A DNA stretch of 64,000 nt. Source: a virus (taxonomy: Duplodnaviria; Caudoviricetes). Each line of letters begins with the position of its first letter. The stretch's first letter is position 1. The notes beneath the pieces were generated by a model. That model was not told the DNA's origin, did not search any database, and was given only the letters and a program-made list of their open reading frames with translations. Of the stretch, positions 39,561-49,184 are shown piece by piece. The stretch is taken from positions 15,877 to 79,876 of the IMG/VR virus record IMGVR_UViG_3300010347_002008; one strand, written 5' to 3'. Position numbers and translations under genes: made by a program.

Positions 39561-39577
39561 ATTTTAATCTTCATTTT

Positions 39578-40837
39578 CTAAAAATTAATAAATATTCCTG
39601 CTGCGGTACTTCCATCAAAATAATGAGTCCAAGAGTTCATATAATCATCACTACGATAAACACCGCCGCCATGAGAAGCAGAAGAATCTGTAACGAAAAC
39701 ATATTTTCCTGACTTAGACATGGCAACATCATAATATATTGAAGCGGGTAATTCAGTTATTCGACTCCATGTTGCCCCATAATTAATAGATTTATAACAA
39801 TATCCGACTACATAACCTCCTCCACTGCTGCCTCCTCCACCATAAGCAATCATATATTTACCATCAGCCGACATAGCACATCCTCCCCAAAATTGACTAT
39901 AACCCACATCTTTTAATGTCCATGTGCTTCCATAATTAGTAGAAAGATTCAAATATGGTTGAGGGGCATTTGATCTATCTGATGAGGGTATTAAAATATA
40001 TTTACCATCATAAGAAATAGCACCTACAGCTGGCATTCTTTGAGACACTGTTGTTGAGTTCCATGTTGTCCAATCTGTACTAACATAAACAACTGCATTT
40101 CCGCTAGAATGATATTGTTCCCAAACTACTATTCGACTTCCATCTCCGGAAACAACCGCACCTCCCATTGGAGATCCTGAAGGAATTTGTGTAAAATTAT
40201 TCCATGTTATCCCATAATCACTAGAATATTTAGTCTGCATTATTCCTGTTTCAGACCCTGTACCACCAATGATCATATTTTTTCCTGATTTATCAACATA
40301 TCCGGCTGTATAACGCATAGATGCTCCTGATAAATTAACAGAGACATCTTGACCAAAATTTCTTGAAGTAATTACTGTTCCATCTATATAATAAGTACAA
40401 GAAGAAGCCATTAAATATTTTCCGTCTTGAGATCCCCACATAAAAGAGCCGGGGCTTGTTGATCCGGGTGTAAATGGAAGCGAAACATCTCTAGTCCAAG
40501 TATTTCCACTATCCTCAGATAATGCAAGATACACTGTTCCTCTAATGGTTCCGGAATCGTTATATATAGATGCGTTTGTTACAGCATAGAAAATATTGTT
40601 TGTAGAAATATTTAAATTATAAGCGGTAATGGTAGGAAATGTCGCGGGTAACTCAGTATAAGTAATTCCTAAATCTTCTGATTCATATGTTTTTCCCGCA
40701 ACAGAAACAATAATTTTTTGATTAGAACCGATCATTAATTTTAATCTTCTGGCATTTTGATTATTACCAGAATCATTCATAATCTTCATTCTATTACTTC
40801 CTTTAATACCACCATCCTGTATAATTATTCTACTCAT
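39578..40837 (-). CDS. BNR/Asp-box beta-propeller protein
   Basis: Repeated S.D/N.G.TW boxes (SEDSGNTW, SSDYGITW, STNYGSTW, SINYGATW, SDDYMNSW). Confidence 0.8.
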   Translation of the reverse strand: MSRIIIQDGGIKGSNRMKIMNDSGNNQNARRLKLMIGSNQKIIVSVAGKTYESEDLGITYTELPATFPTITAYNLNISTNNIFYAVTNASIYNDSGTIRGTVYLALSEDSGNTWTRDVSLPFTPGSTSPGSFMWGSQDGKYLMASSCTYYIDGTVITSRNFGQDVSVNLSGASMRYTAGYVDKSGKNMIIGGTGSETGIMQTKYSSDYGITWNNFTQIPSGSPMGGAVVSGDGSRIVVWEQYHSSGNAVVYVSTDWTTWNSTTVSQRMPAVGAISYDGKYILIPSSDRSNAPQPYLNLSTNYGSTWTLKDVGYSQFWGGCAMSADGKYMIAYGGGGSSGGGYVVGYCYKSINYGATWSRITELPASIYYDVAMSKSGKYVFVTDSSASHGGGVYRSDDYMNSWTHYFDGSTAAGIFINF

Positions 40838-40840
40838 AAA

Positions 40841-42478
40841 TTATTCAAATTTTCCAGATTCAATCCATTTACCACCACTATCTCTTTTTTCAAAAATTAA
40901 TTTTCCATTTGAGGCATCATCAGCAATATATAATCGCCAACATCTATTTGTAGCAGGGGCTGATGCAGGATCTCCTATATAGAAATAATTCATAACAGCA
41001 ATACCCTGAGATCCGTCTAGGGCTCCTGATCCATTAGCAACGCCGTAAACTTTTAATTGGGTATTTCCATCCAAATTAAATTTATAACCCTGCTCGGTAT
41101 TACCAGCCGATGCAGTAATATTTTTTTCAATAAGAGTAGCCACTCCAGCATCTGCTTCTAACTCAATATAATCATAAAATAATACATTTGAGCAAGGATC
41201 ATCAACTGTAATTTCATTATTAGATTCTCTCCATATTCTAGGAACAAATTCCAATCCTGTACATGCATCATTAGCCGCAACTAATTTGCCTGCTTGATAC
41301 GAACTTGGAGTATCATAAAGTCCAAGGAATGTTGAAGCATTATTAACAATTGTTCTTAATGTTGTGATAGAAGAATCTTGTGCAGAATTCCATGTATATA
41401 GATAATTAAGAGATGCATCTGGAGCATTACCATATGTTAATTTTTTAGAGGTGGTATCATAATAAACTGTATAGTTTGTTTTAGTATTATCCATTCCTGA
41501 AATGAATAGATCGCTAGAAATACTTACATCTCCTATAACTGTTAATCTTGCTGCTGGATCATGATCCGGAGCGCTTGTATCTCCTAGTACAATATTACCA
41601 TTGCTTGCACAGTATATAACATATTTAGTTCCACCCGCCCTATTATAAAGCATGAAATCGTTTCTTCCATCATTTGTATCATCGGTAACCCAAATCCATG
41701 ACCAATCCGGGTTGTGTCGACTAGCAAATTTTAATGATGTGGTTGTTGCTCCAGTTGGGTTTTCATTATAAAGTTGCCATGATTGTTCTCCTGTGCCACT
41801 TACTTTAAATACCGGGTTAACTCCCCCAGGCCCATATACATGAAGATAAGAAGAAGGGTTTGCAGTTCCAATACCTAAATTAAGTCCAGTAAAATATAAA
41901 CTAGATTCGGCTACAATTGATCCATCTCCTGCAGCAGTTAATATTTGATTATTAGATCCAACTACACCATTAAACCATCCAACAGTTCCGCCACCCCCAC
42001 CGCCTTGAACACTTGGTTCTAAATAACCTCCATTCCATTTAAAATAAACATCATTAAAACTGACTTCAGGAATAAAAATATCAGCAACACTTAAAGGTTT
42101 AACAGCATGCCATTTACTTGCGTCGTTAGCAGATGGGTCATATACTAATATATAGCCAGAAGAAATATCAGCACTAATTGAGACATCCAACAAAGCCGAA
42201 AGATAAGATGCCCCTCCAACTGAAAAAACTTCCCATGATGGATCTCCTGTTGCATTATATTGATATATTTGTCGTTGTCCTCCTGCTTCTGCAGAATTAA
42301 GAACACAAACTAACATACCATTTTCTAATCTAGCGGTATAAATCGAGTTTCTAGATACATCAGTTTGTACAGTTTGATAACCTCCTCTCAATTCATTTGC
42401 AAACGCAGATGGAAAAGTATCTGTATCGGCCCAAGGTCGTATTGCTGCAACAACTAATGTTCCTTGATTGTTTGCCAT
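40841..42478 (-). CDS. tail fibre-like protein
   Basis: Shares its N-terminal domain with 42503-44002; GIGT.NP fibre knob motif. Confidence 0.6.
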   Translation of the reverse strand: MANNQGTLVVAAIRPWADTDTFPSAFANELRGGYQTVQTDVSRNSIYTARLENGMLVCVLNSAEAGGQRQIYQYNATGDPSWEVFSVGGASYLSALLDVSISADISSGYILVYDPSANDASKWHAVKPLSVADIFIPEVSFNDVYFKWNGGYLEPSVQGGGGGGTVGWFNGVVGSNNQILTAAGDGSIVAESSLYFTGLNLGIGTANPSSYLHVYGPGGVNPVFKVSGTGEQSWQLYNENPTGATTTSLKFASRHNPDWSWIWVTDDTNDGRNDFMLYNRAGGTKYVIYCASNGNIVLGDTSAPDHDPAARLTVIGDVSISSDLFISGMDNTKTNYTVYYDTTSKKLTYGNAPDASLNYLYTWNSAQDSSITTLRTIVNNASTFLGLYDTPSSYQAGKLVAANDACTGLEFVPRIWRESNNEITVDDPCSNVLFYDYIELEADAGVATLIEKNITASAGNTEQGYKFNLDGNTQLKVYGVANGSGALDGSQGIAVMNYFYIGDPASAPATNRCWRLYIADDASNGKLIFEKRDSGGKWIESGKFE

Positions 42479-42502
42479 ATTAAATAGTTTTTATTTTATT
42501 CA

Positions 42503-44002
42503 TTAAGTAACTACAACTGTTATATTGGATCCAGACTGTGTGTTAAGGCTTCTATAGGTATAAAAGTTTTCTGTATATGGAACTGCAGTTAAGTTTGTGA
42601 CTAATAAGGATGATTCTAAGAATGTCGTAGCAAATCCACCAACAGTAAAGGCCGTTGCTTGTCCAAATCTTGTAGGATAACAATACCAGATATATTCTCC
42701 CCCACCATTTGCTATTGTAAATGTTCTTCCTCTCGCAGTTGCTAAAGCACTTGTATCAAGACCAGTAACATCAGATGATTCACCAAATGAAGTTTGTGGA
42801 TCTGTGCCCCAATAAGCCTTATTTTGACCAGTAATAGTATTTGTGGCGCTTGCGCTTCCTGCAACTCTTAAATAATCTAATGATGAAGAAGGAACGCCTT
42901 TATTATTATAATAAGTACCTGTTCCTGCGCCCCAGCTTGCATTTACCGTCCATGTATTTGTTCCAAGAGCAATTGAAACGTCTGTAGGATTATGAGTTTG
43001 TGTATTTGATGTAGCCGTATAAACACCATCAACAGTATTTCCAGGAATTCTAAATACAAATTGCAAAGCTGCTCCTGTTAAGCTTCCATCAGTTGTTCCA
43101 TCACCATTCGTTATTCTACCTGAGTTATATGTAGCAGTTAATGTTGGACCATATAATGTACCAACTTCTAAGGTTCCACTTATACCACTTAATCCTAAAC
43201 TGTTTAAAAGTCCTACAGTTGCATCTACAGTTGGGAACAATAAATCAGTCCAAATTTCATCATATGTTTTACCCCTTAAACCACCAGCTGACGTATCCTT
43301 TGGTATACCTCCTACAGCCACAGGCATTATAATATTATCAGCTACTGTTGGAGTATATCTTGATGTATCGGTTGTTGATACAAAAATACTTACATCAATT
43401 TTACCATCTACCCAATATAAACCATATCCAATTGATGATGATTTTACAAATTGATCAAGTCCATAAACAGATCCCAAACTAACTTCAAGAGATCCATTAT
43501 TCCAAACAAAATCATCACTTAATGAAGCATTTGGAATAAAAGCTGCTCTAATATATGCTAAAGATGAATCTTGAACAACTTGCCATGCTGATAAATTTCC
43601 TAAAGATGTATCAAGTCCTTGATTCCATACAGTTAAATTTCCTAATGAAGTTTCATGGTTTGAAACCCACGAATTTAAACTACTGATAGAACTATCTCTA
43701 AGTTGTAATGATCCATCAACATAAGCTAATGTTACTCCTCCGGGATTAAATAGCTCCCAAGTTGTTCCATTCAATTGATACATAGTTCTTGCACCTCCAT
43801 TTGAAGCAGAACTAAGAACATATACTAACATACCATCTTCTTTTCTATCAGAATATGTAGTTAGCAATAAGTTTCTTGAAGTGTCATTGGCAACGATATG
43901 TAAACCTCCTCGAATTTCATTCGCAAATGCAGAGGCAAATACGTCGGTATCAGCCCAAGGGCGAATCGCTGCTATAACTAATGTTCCTGAATTATTTGCC
44001 AT
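42503..44002 (-). CDS. tail fibre-like protein
   Basis: N-terminus paralogous to 40841; C-half paralogous to 44027. Confidence 0.6.
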   Translation of the reverse strand: MANNSGTLVIAAIRPWADTDVFASAFANEIRGGLHIVANDTSRNLLLTTYSDRKEDGMLVYVLSSASNGGARTMYQLNGTTWELFNPGGVTLAYVDGSLQLRDSSISSLNSWVSNHETSLGNLTVWNQGLDTSLGNLSAWQVVQDSSLAYIRAAFIPNASLSDDFVWNNGSLEVSLGSVYGLDQFVKSSSIGYGLYWVDGKIDVSIFVSTTDTSRYTPTVADNIIMPVAVGGIPKDTSAGGLRGKTYDEIWTDLLFPTVDATVGLLNSLGLSGISGTLEVGTLYGPTLTATYNSGRITNGDGTTDGSLTGAALQFVFRIPGNTVDGVYTATSNTQTHNPTDVSIALGTNTWTVNASWGAGTGTYYNNKGVPSSSLDYLRVAGSASATNTITGQNKAYWGTDPQTSFGESSDVTGLDTSALATARGRTFTIANGGGEYIWYCYPTRFGQATAFTVGGFATTFLESSLLVTNLTAVPYTENFYTYRSLNTQSGSNITVVVT

Positions 44003-44026
44003 TTTATATTTTTTATTATTTTATTT

Positions 44027-45883
44027 TTAAGTTATTACAATTGAAATATTAGTTCCACTTTGAAGCCCATCTGTTCTCCATACGTTGTAATTTTCTGTAT
44101 GACCATAACTATTGGTTACAGAAACAGGACCAATATTATGAATACCAGTAAATGTTAAACCACCAACTGTAAATACTGGAGTTCCTGGAATTGATGATGG
44201 ATAACAATAATAAATGTATTCAGCTGTAGGTGAAACATAGAATAATGTTTTTGTGTAAGTATTTGAGAATTCACTACTGTCTAATGTAATAATTTCATTG
44301 CTTGTTAATGAAGAGTTTGAACTAACACCCCAATATCTCTTATTTCTACTTGTAATAGCTCCTGAAACTTGAGATATTGTTGCTGCCACTCTTTGTGCAT
44401 CTAAGTTAGTTCCAACATTTCCTTTATTATCATAATAAGTTCCTGTTCCAATAGCATGACTAACGTCAACTGACCAAGTATATGTTGCCCCGACATTTCC
44501 AATTAAAATAGGAGTTGTAAATACATGTGTTGATGAGTTTAAAGTCCAACTACCTTCTGCTTCAATTGTTCCACCAGGAAGCTTAAATGTATAATAGTAA
44601 GCGTCACCAGTTAAATTAGGTCCTGGGGTTCCATTACCATTCTGTATTGCTCCAGGATTAAATGCAGCAACAAGTGTTGGTGTGTATGACGAGCTAGGCT
44701 CAGCATATGCGCTTAGTAATCCAGAATACGAAAGACTCTTAGGAGTAGAAACCGAAGCATAAACAGTTGGGAATAATAAATCCATAAATATTTGTTCTAT
44801 AGTTTTTCCTCTTAGATCTCCAACTGTGGTACCAGCAGGGATTCCTCCAACCGTATATGGCATTGATAATGAATCAGGAGCTGTAGGATCAAAAATTGCT
44901 GGTCCTACTTCTTGACCATTTAATATAATTGATCCATCAACATAAATATTTCCTGTTGTAGAAATATCTTGGGTAATTAATAATCCTTCGATCCATGCGT
45001 TTGGACCGTAAATGCAAACATCTCTAACTGCTAAAGGATCATTTATTTGTAATGGAGACCCATATCCTATAAGAATATTATCAGATGAATCCCTTAAGGC
45101 ATTGTTAATTTGAATATCTCTTGCAATTAATTCATCACCATCCATATAAAGTGACGAATCCCTTACTGTTGTAGTAGCAGTAAATCTTGGAATATGATTA
45201 ATAGTTCCTGGACCTACAATTCCGGTTCCACCCCCACCTCCGCCAGTTCCACTAGCTTCAACACTGTATTTATATTGAGTCCATGTTGTACCCCATGATG
45301 GATCGTATGCAATAGCAATAAATTCTTCATAAGCCGCTCCTGCCCCGCTTGCGTCGACAATATAACTTATATTGTTGCATGGATCCAATAAAACTTCAAG
45401 TTGATTAATCCCAATTAAAGATGAATCAAAATAAATTCCTACAACTTGTGAAAGATTATCATTTGCTAAGAAAATTGGATTTGCGTTTGAAACCTTATAA
45501 TATGGTTTCATTACGTCTATGACTTTATATCCTGCTGGTTCATAAGGAAATTTCCATGATGATGTATCAATTCCATATGTACAAGGATCTCTACCAACGG
45601 TCACGGGATCCACATACATTCTATAGAAATTGTAATCAGCAGTGGTATTATTATCGTATAAATTAGTGAATTGTCTCTTTACAATTAAATTATCTACGAC
45701 TGCAGTAACAAATTCTCCCCTTGTGCCTTTTATTCTACCAGTTGTCTCTAATGGAACAGTTAGAATCCCTAAACTACCATCAAAAAATACATCAATATAT
45801 CTCTCAAATGATAAGAAGTTTGTGTTTAAAATCTTAGGAAGTTGAGGTACTGGTGTATGCAGATTTAATTGGGTCCAAATCAT
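44027..45883 (-). CDS. tail fibre-like protein
   Basis: MPYTVGGIP..LRGKT..DLLFPTV and YIYYCYP...FTVGG modules shared with 42503. Confidence 0.6.
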   Translation of the reverse strand: MIWTQLNLHTPVPQLPKILNTNFLSFERYIDVFFDGSLGILTVPLETTGRIKGTRGEFVTAVVDNLIVKRQFTNLYDNNTTADYNFYRMYVDPVTVGRDPCTYGIDTSSWKFPYEPAGYKVIDVMKPYYKVSNANPIFLANDNLSQVVGIYFDSSLIGINQLEVLLDPCNNISYIVDASGAGAAYEEFIAIAYDPSWGTTWTQYKYSVEASGTGGGGGGTGIVGPGTINHIPRFTATTTVRDSSLYMDGDELIARDIQINNALRDSSDNILIGYGSPLQINDPLAVRDVCIYGPNAWIEGLLITQDISTTGNIYVDGSIILNGQEVGPAIFDPTAPDSLSMPYTVGGIPAGTTVGDLRGKTIEQIFMDLLFPTVYASVSTPKSLSYSGLLSAYAEPSSSYTPTLVAAFNPGAIQNGNGTPGPNLTGDAYYYTFKLPGGTIEAEGSWTLNSSTHVFTTPILIGNVGATYTWSVDVSHAIGTGTYYDNKGNVGTNLDAQRVAATISQVSGAITSRNKRYWGVSSNSSLTSNEIITLDSSEFSNTYTKTLFYVSPTAEYIYYCYPSSIPGTPVFTVGGLTFTGIHNIGPVSVTNSYGHTENYNVWRTDGLQSGTNISIVIT

Positions 45884-45896
45884 AATATTAGAGTTT

Positions 45897-45951
45897 TATT
45901 TATATATCCACTCTCTATCAAAACTTCCTCCATGGGAAAAATATATAGATA
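45897..45951. promoter_or_regulatory. divergent late-type promoters at the strand switch
   Basis: TATAAATA (minus, 45897-45904) and variant TATAGATA (plus, 45944-45951). Confidence 0.6.
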
Positions 45952-45985
45952 AACACTTAGTATTAACGCAAAAACTAAAATAAGT

Positions 45986-47221
45986 ATGAATAATTTTGAA
46001 GATTTCAACTGGGCGGAATTTGAAGGAAATCATCGAGGTGGAAACCGACTAATTCCAAACGAGAAAATCAAAGGTCAAGACAATCACAACATCTGTTATT
46101 CAAGAGCCCCCTACGCTCAAAAAATGTTTGACCTCCTCTCTGACAACAATTCCCAAACAATTAAAAAAGATTTAACGAAAGGAGACTGCGTTGTAATTAC
46201 CGACATCTATAACGTTAGGTTAGATAAAATGTCAATAGAGCTATCTGGCGGTTTATCTGTGGATATTGATTTAAGTCGAGAAAAGAGATTTCTACAAATA
46301 TTTGGTTATAATACAGTTGACCAATTTGTGGAAGATATATTAAAGCCTCAATTTAAAGTTAAATTTTTAGAACAAGGTATTTATGCATATGTAATAGAAT
46401 CTTCTCCAACAATTAAAATTTCATTATGGCAAGGCCATTTGAAAAAGATAAGAGAAGAATTTATGAAAGAAATAGAATCACCTTCTAAAGCTTATGTTGC
46501 AAAAGTAATGGAAGCCAATAAAGGTGGTTATTTTGTTGAGGTACAAGGAATAGAGGCATTTATGCCTGGTTCATTAGCAGCTCCAAATAAGATCATTGAT
46601 TTCCGAACATTAGTTGGAAAAGAAGTTATAGTGATGGTTGAAGATTTCTTAAAGGAAATGAATTCATTCATTGTTTCTCATAAGAAATATATCGAACATG
46701 TTCTTCCAAGAAAAATAGCTGAATTAGATCTAAATCATAAATACACAGGAAATATAACAGGAACTTCTAAGTATGGAATATTTGTGGAATTTGGGGACAT
46801 ATTTACTGGATTATTACATAATTCTAAAATGAAAGAAGATACTTTAAGAGATTTTAGAAATAGAAAATATAATCCAGGAGATCAAATAAGTTTTTACATC
46901 AACGAAATAACTAAAGACAATCGAATTATTTTAACTGAAGAAAGCCCGGAAGAAAAAAGAGAAAAATTCACTAAATTCATTTTAGAAAACAAAGAAAAAG
47001 TTATTGATGCTGAAGTAGCAGCAGTCATGAACTTTGGAGTAATTGTAAATGTTGGAGAGCTTTCTGGCTTAGTACCAAATAAAGAATTCAAACGAAGAAA
47101 AATAGCAGTTAAAAATTATGTAGTCGGCGATAAATTCAAAGTAAAAATAGCGGACTTTAAAGACGATAAGTTAGTCTTCGACTTAATTAGCGAAGATAAA
47201 AAACAAGAAGAGGGAGTTTAA
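45986..47221 (+). CDS. ribosomal protein S1-like protein (three S1 RNA-binding domains)
   Basis: AKVMEANKGGYFVEVQGIEAFMPGS, GNITGTSKYGIFVEFG...GLLH, AEVAAVMNFGVIV...GLVP. Confidence 0.85.
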   Translation: MNNFEDFNWAEFEGNHRGGNRLIPNEKIKGQDNHNICYSRAPYAQKMFDLLSDNNSQTIKKDLTKGDCVVITDIYNVRLDKMSIELSGGLSVDIDLSREKRFLQIFGYNTVDQFVEDILKPQFKVKFLEQGIYAYVIESSPTIKISLWQGHLKKIREEFMKEIESPSKAYVAKVMEANKGGYFVEVQGIEAFMPGSLAAPNKIIDFRTLVGKEVIVMVEDFLKEMNSFIVSHKKYIEHVLPRKIAELDLNHKYTGNITGTSKYGIFVEFGDIFTGLLHNSKMKEDTLRDFRNRKYNPGDQISFYINEITKDNRIILTEESPEEKREKFTKFILENKEKVIDAEVAAVMNFGVIVNVGELSGLVPNKEFKRRKIAVKNYVVGDKFKVKIADFKDDKLVFDLISEDKKQEEGV

Positions 47222-47235
47222 CACTCCCTTTTTTA
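47211..47235 (+). terminator. rho-independent terminator
   Basis: agggag-tttaaca-ctccct followed by a T-run. Confidence 0.75.
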
Positions 47236-47265
47236 TTTTGAATAAATAAAATAAATCGTTGATCA

Positions 47266-49131
47266 ATGCAAGCTAACTTTGTATACGAAGCTTTACAAGA
47301 TATATTAAAACCTAAATCCAAGGAAGAAGTTACCGCGGCTTATAAAAAAATCGAAACCGATAAGGCTTTAGAATTGGCGGTGGAACATAAAAATTTAGAA
47401 GGGGTTTTTGATGCTTTACGAAGAGGAGCTTCATGGAATAAAAATGATTCTTATCAGAGTTTAGAAGATAGTTTGCTTTTATTTTTGTCAAAAAATAAAC
47501 AAGAAATTTTATCAGGTAATCCATCCCATAAAACATTAGGTGTTTTATTAAAGCGGGCTTCTCAAAACGGATTTATTGATTTAATTAAATGGGCTTTAGA
47601 CAAAGGGGCCCCTATAAATTTTCAAGATCAAAATGGAAGTACTCCACTTTATTATGCTGCTAAGTATGGTCATTTTGAAGCCCTTAAATTTTTGATTGAA
47701 AACGGGGCAGATTTAGAATTAGAAAATAATGAAGGGTTTACTCCCCTATTAGCATCATTAAATCCTATTCAAACCGGACCAAATTCTAATTTCATAAATC
47801 CGCAAAGTGTGTGGTATTTAATTGATAACGGTGCTGATATAACCCATAAATTAAAAAATGGGTCCAGCATTTATGTATTTTTAAAAGGAAAATTATTGGA
47901 TAGATTTTTGGATGAAACAGATTTAAAACCTAGTGATGAAGAAACGATTTATATAATTCATCGAGGTTCCATTAAAAATATAAAAAAATTATTAGATAAA
48001 GGATATTTAGATCTAAATAAACCCATATACATTAAATATTCCAAATGGGACAACAAACCCAATAAACCATTACTGCCAATAGATCATATTAAATTTGAGG
48101 ATGAAACAGGACCAGGAAAAATGAAATTTATGTTGCAGAATGGTAGTCCATTTCCTAATAAATCAACTATAAAAGCCATAAGAAATCAACTTCGAAATTC
48201 AAGATATAGTTATGGGCCAGATGAAAAATGGCGTAAACTTATAAATTATTTTATAGAAACAAAACAAATATCCGAATCAGTTGGTGACGTATTAAAGCCT
48301 AAAGGTAAAAAACAAATTATTGAAGATTTAGCTCAAGAAATGTATTTAAGCCTATTAGAAAATAAAGCCTTAAGTTTCTTTGAACCTTTATTTAGTGAAG
48401 GCCCACATAGAATGACAATAGCATGGGACAATATAGATTATTCCTTCAACCAATACCATAAAAAATATGGATCTGGATTATATGTTATGTCAATGTTAGT
48501 AAAAGAACAAGATGCAAATCCATTAGAACACATATACCCAGTCAAAGCCGTTTATAAGCAAGCAGGAGTAATAGTTTATGATATTCAAAGAAGTTCTTTA
48601 GAAACAGCGATCAAAGAATTAATAGCACAAGTTATTGCAGGTATATTTGGAAATGGATTTCATATAAAATATTTTGATCCTATTAACGAATCAAGTCATG
48701 GGGTTTTTAAACCCAAACGTGTAGAAGATATTCTCGATAGTATTGTAAATAATATTTTGAGAGATTATTCTGATCACACAATGCATTTTCATAAAGATGA
48801 ATATTGGAGGGATCCTCCTGTAAAATTATCCCATCATTCTGGTGATGGATTTATGAATCAATTATACAAAAAATATGGAAATGTAAATGGTATCTATGTT
48901 CATGTTGAAGATAATGACCCGACAGAATCTAAAGGAGAAAATCTAAACTTATTACGAAAATATTTACATAATTTGAACGTAAGATACACGCCGATAGGGC
49001 ATAATACGATCATCATCAGAGATGATGATCAAGAAAGAAGAATAATAGCTAAATTATGTCGTGAAGTTTACAATAAAGTGCTTCCATCAATAATGGTTAG
49101 AAAGTTTGGAAGGCCAATTAATATGAAATAA
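47266..49131 (+). CDS. three-module KPK protein; first module has ankyrin repeats
   Basis: GSTPLYYAAKYGHFEALKFLIENGAD and GFTPLL ankyrin repeats; KPK motifs at the N-terminus and twice internally. Confidence 0.8.
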   Translation: MQANFVYEALQDILKPKSKEEVTAAYKKIETDKALELAVEHKNLEGVFDALRRGASWNKNDSYQSLEDSLLLFLSKNKQEILSGNPSHKTLGVLLKRASQNGFIDLIKWALDKGAPINFQDQNGSTPLYYAAKYGHFEALKFLIENGADLELENNEGFTPLLASLNPIQTGPNSNFINPQSVWYLIDNGADITHKLKNGSSIYVFLKGKLLDRFLDETDLKPSDEETIYIIHRGSIKNIKKLLDKGYLDLNKPIYIKYSKWDNKPNKPLLPIDHIKFEDETGPGKMKFMLQNGSPFPNKSTIKAIRNQLRNSRYSYGPDEKWRKLINYFIETKQISESVGDVLKPKGKKQIIEDLAQEMYLSLLENKALSFFEPLFSEGPHRMTIAWDNIDYSFNQYHKKYGSGLYVMSMLVKEQDANPLEHIYPVKAVYKQAGVIVYDIQRSSLETAIKELIAQVIAGIFGNGFHIKYFDPINESSHGVFKPKRVEDILDSIVNNILRDYSDHTMHFHKDEYWRDPPVKLSHHSGDGFMNQLYKKYGNVNGIYVHVEDNDPTESKGENLNLLRKYLHNLNVRYTPIGHNTIIIRDDDQERRIIAKLCREVYNKVLPSIMVRKFGRPINMK

Positions 49132-49184
49132 TTTACAAAACTGATTAAAAATATATGAATTTATACGAAAATATATGAAATTAT

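Noticed and set aside
40841-45883. Diversity-generating retroelement target or template pairs among the fibre genes
   Set aside because: Paralogous segments differ at all bases rather than only at adenines, and no reverse transcriptase is in the window.
46320-46350. VEDILKPQ inside the S1-like protein as a KPK module
   Set aside because: Lacks the PK[ST]xEEI half and sits mid-domain; not counted.
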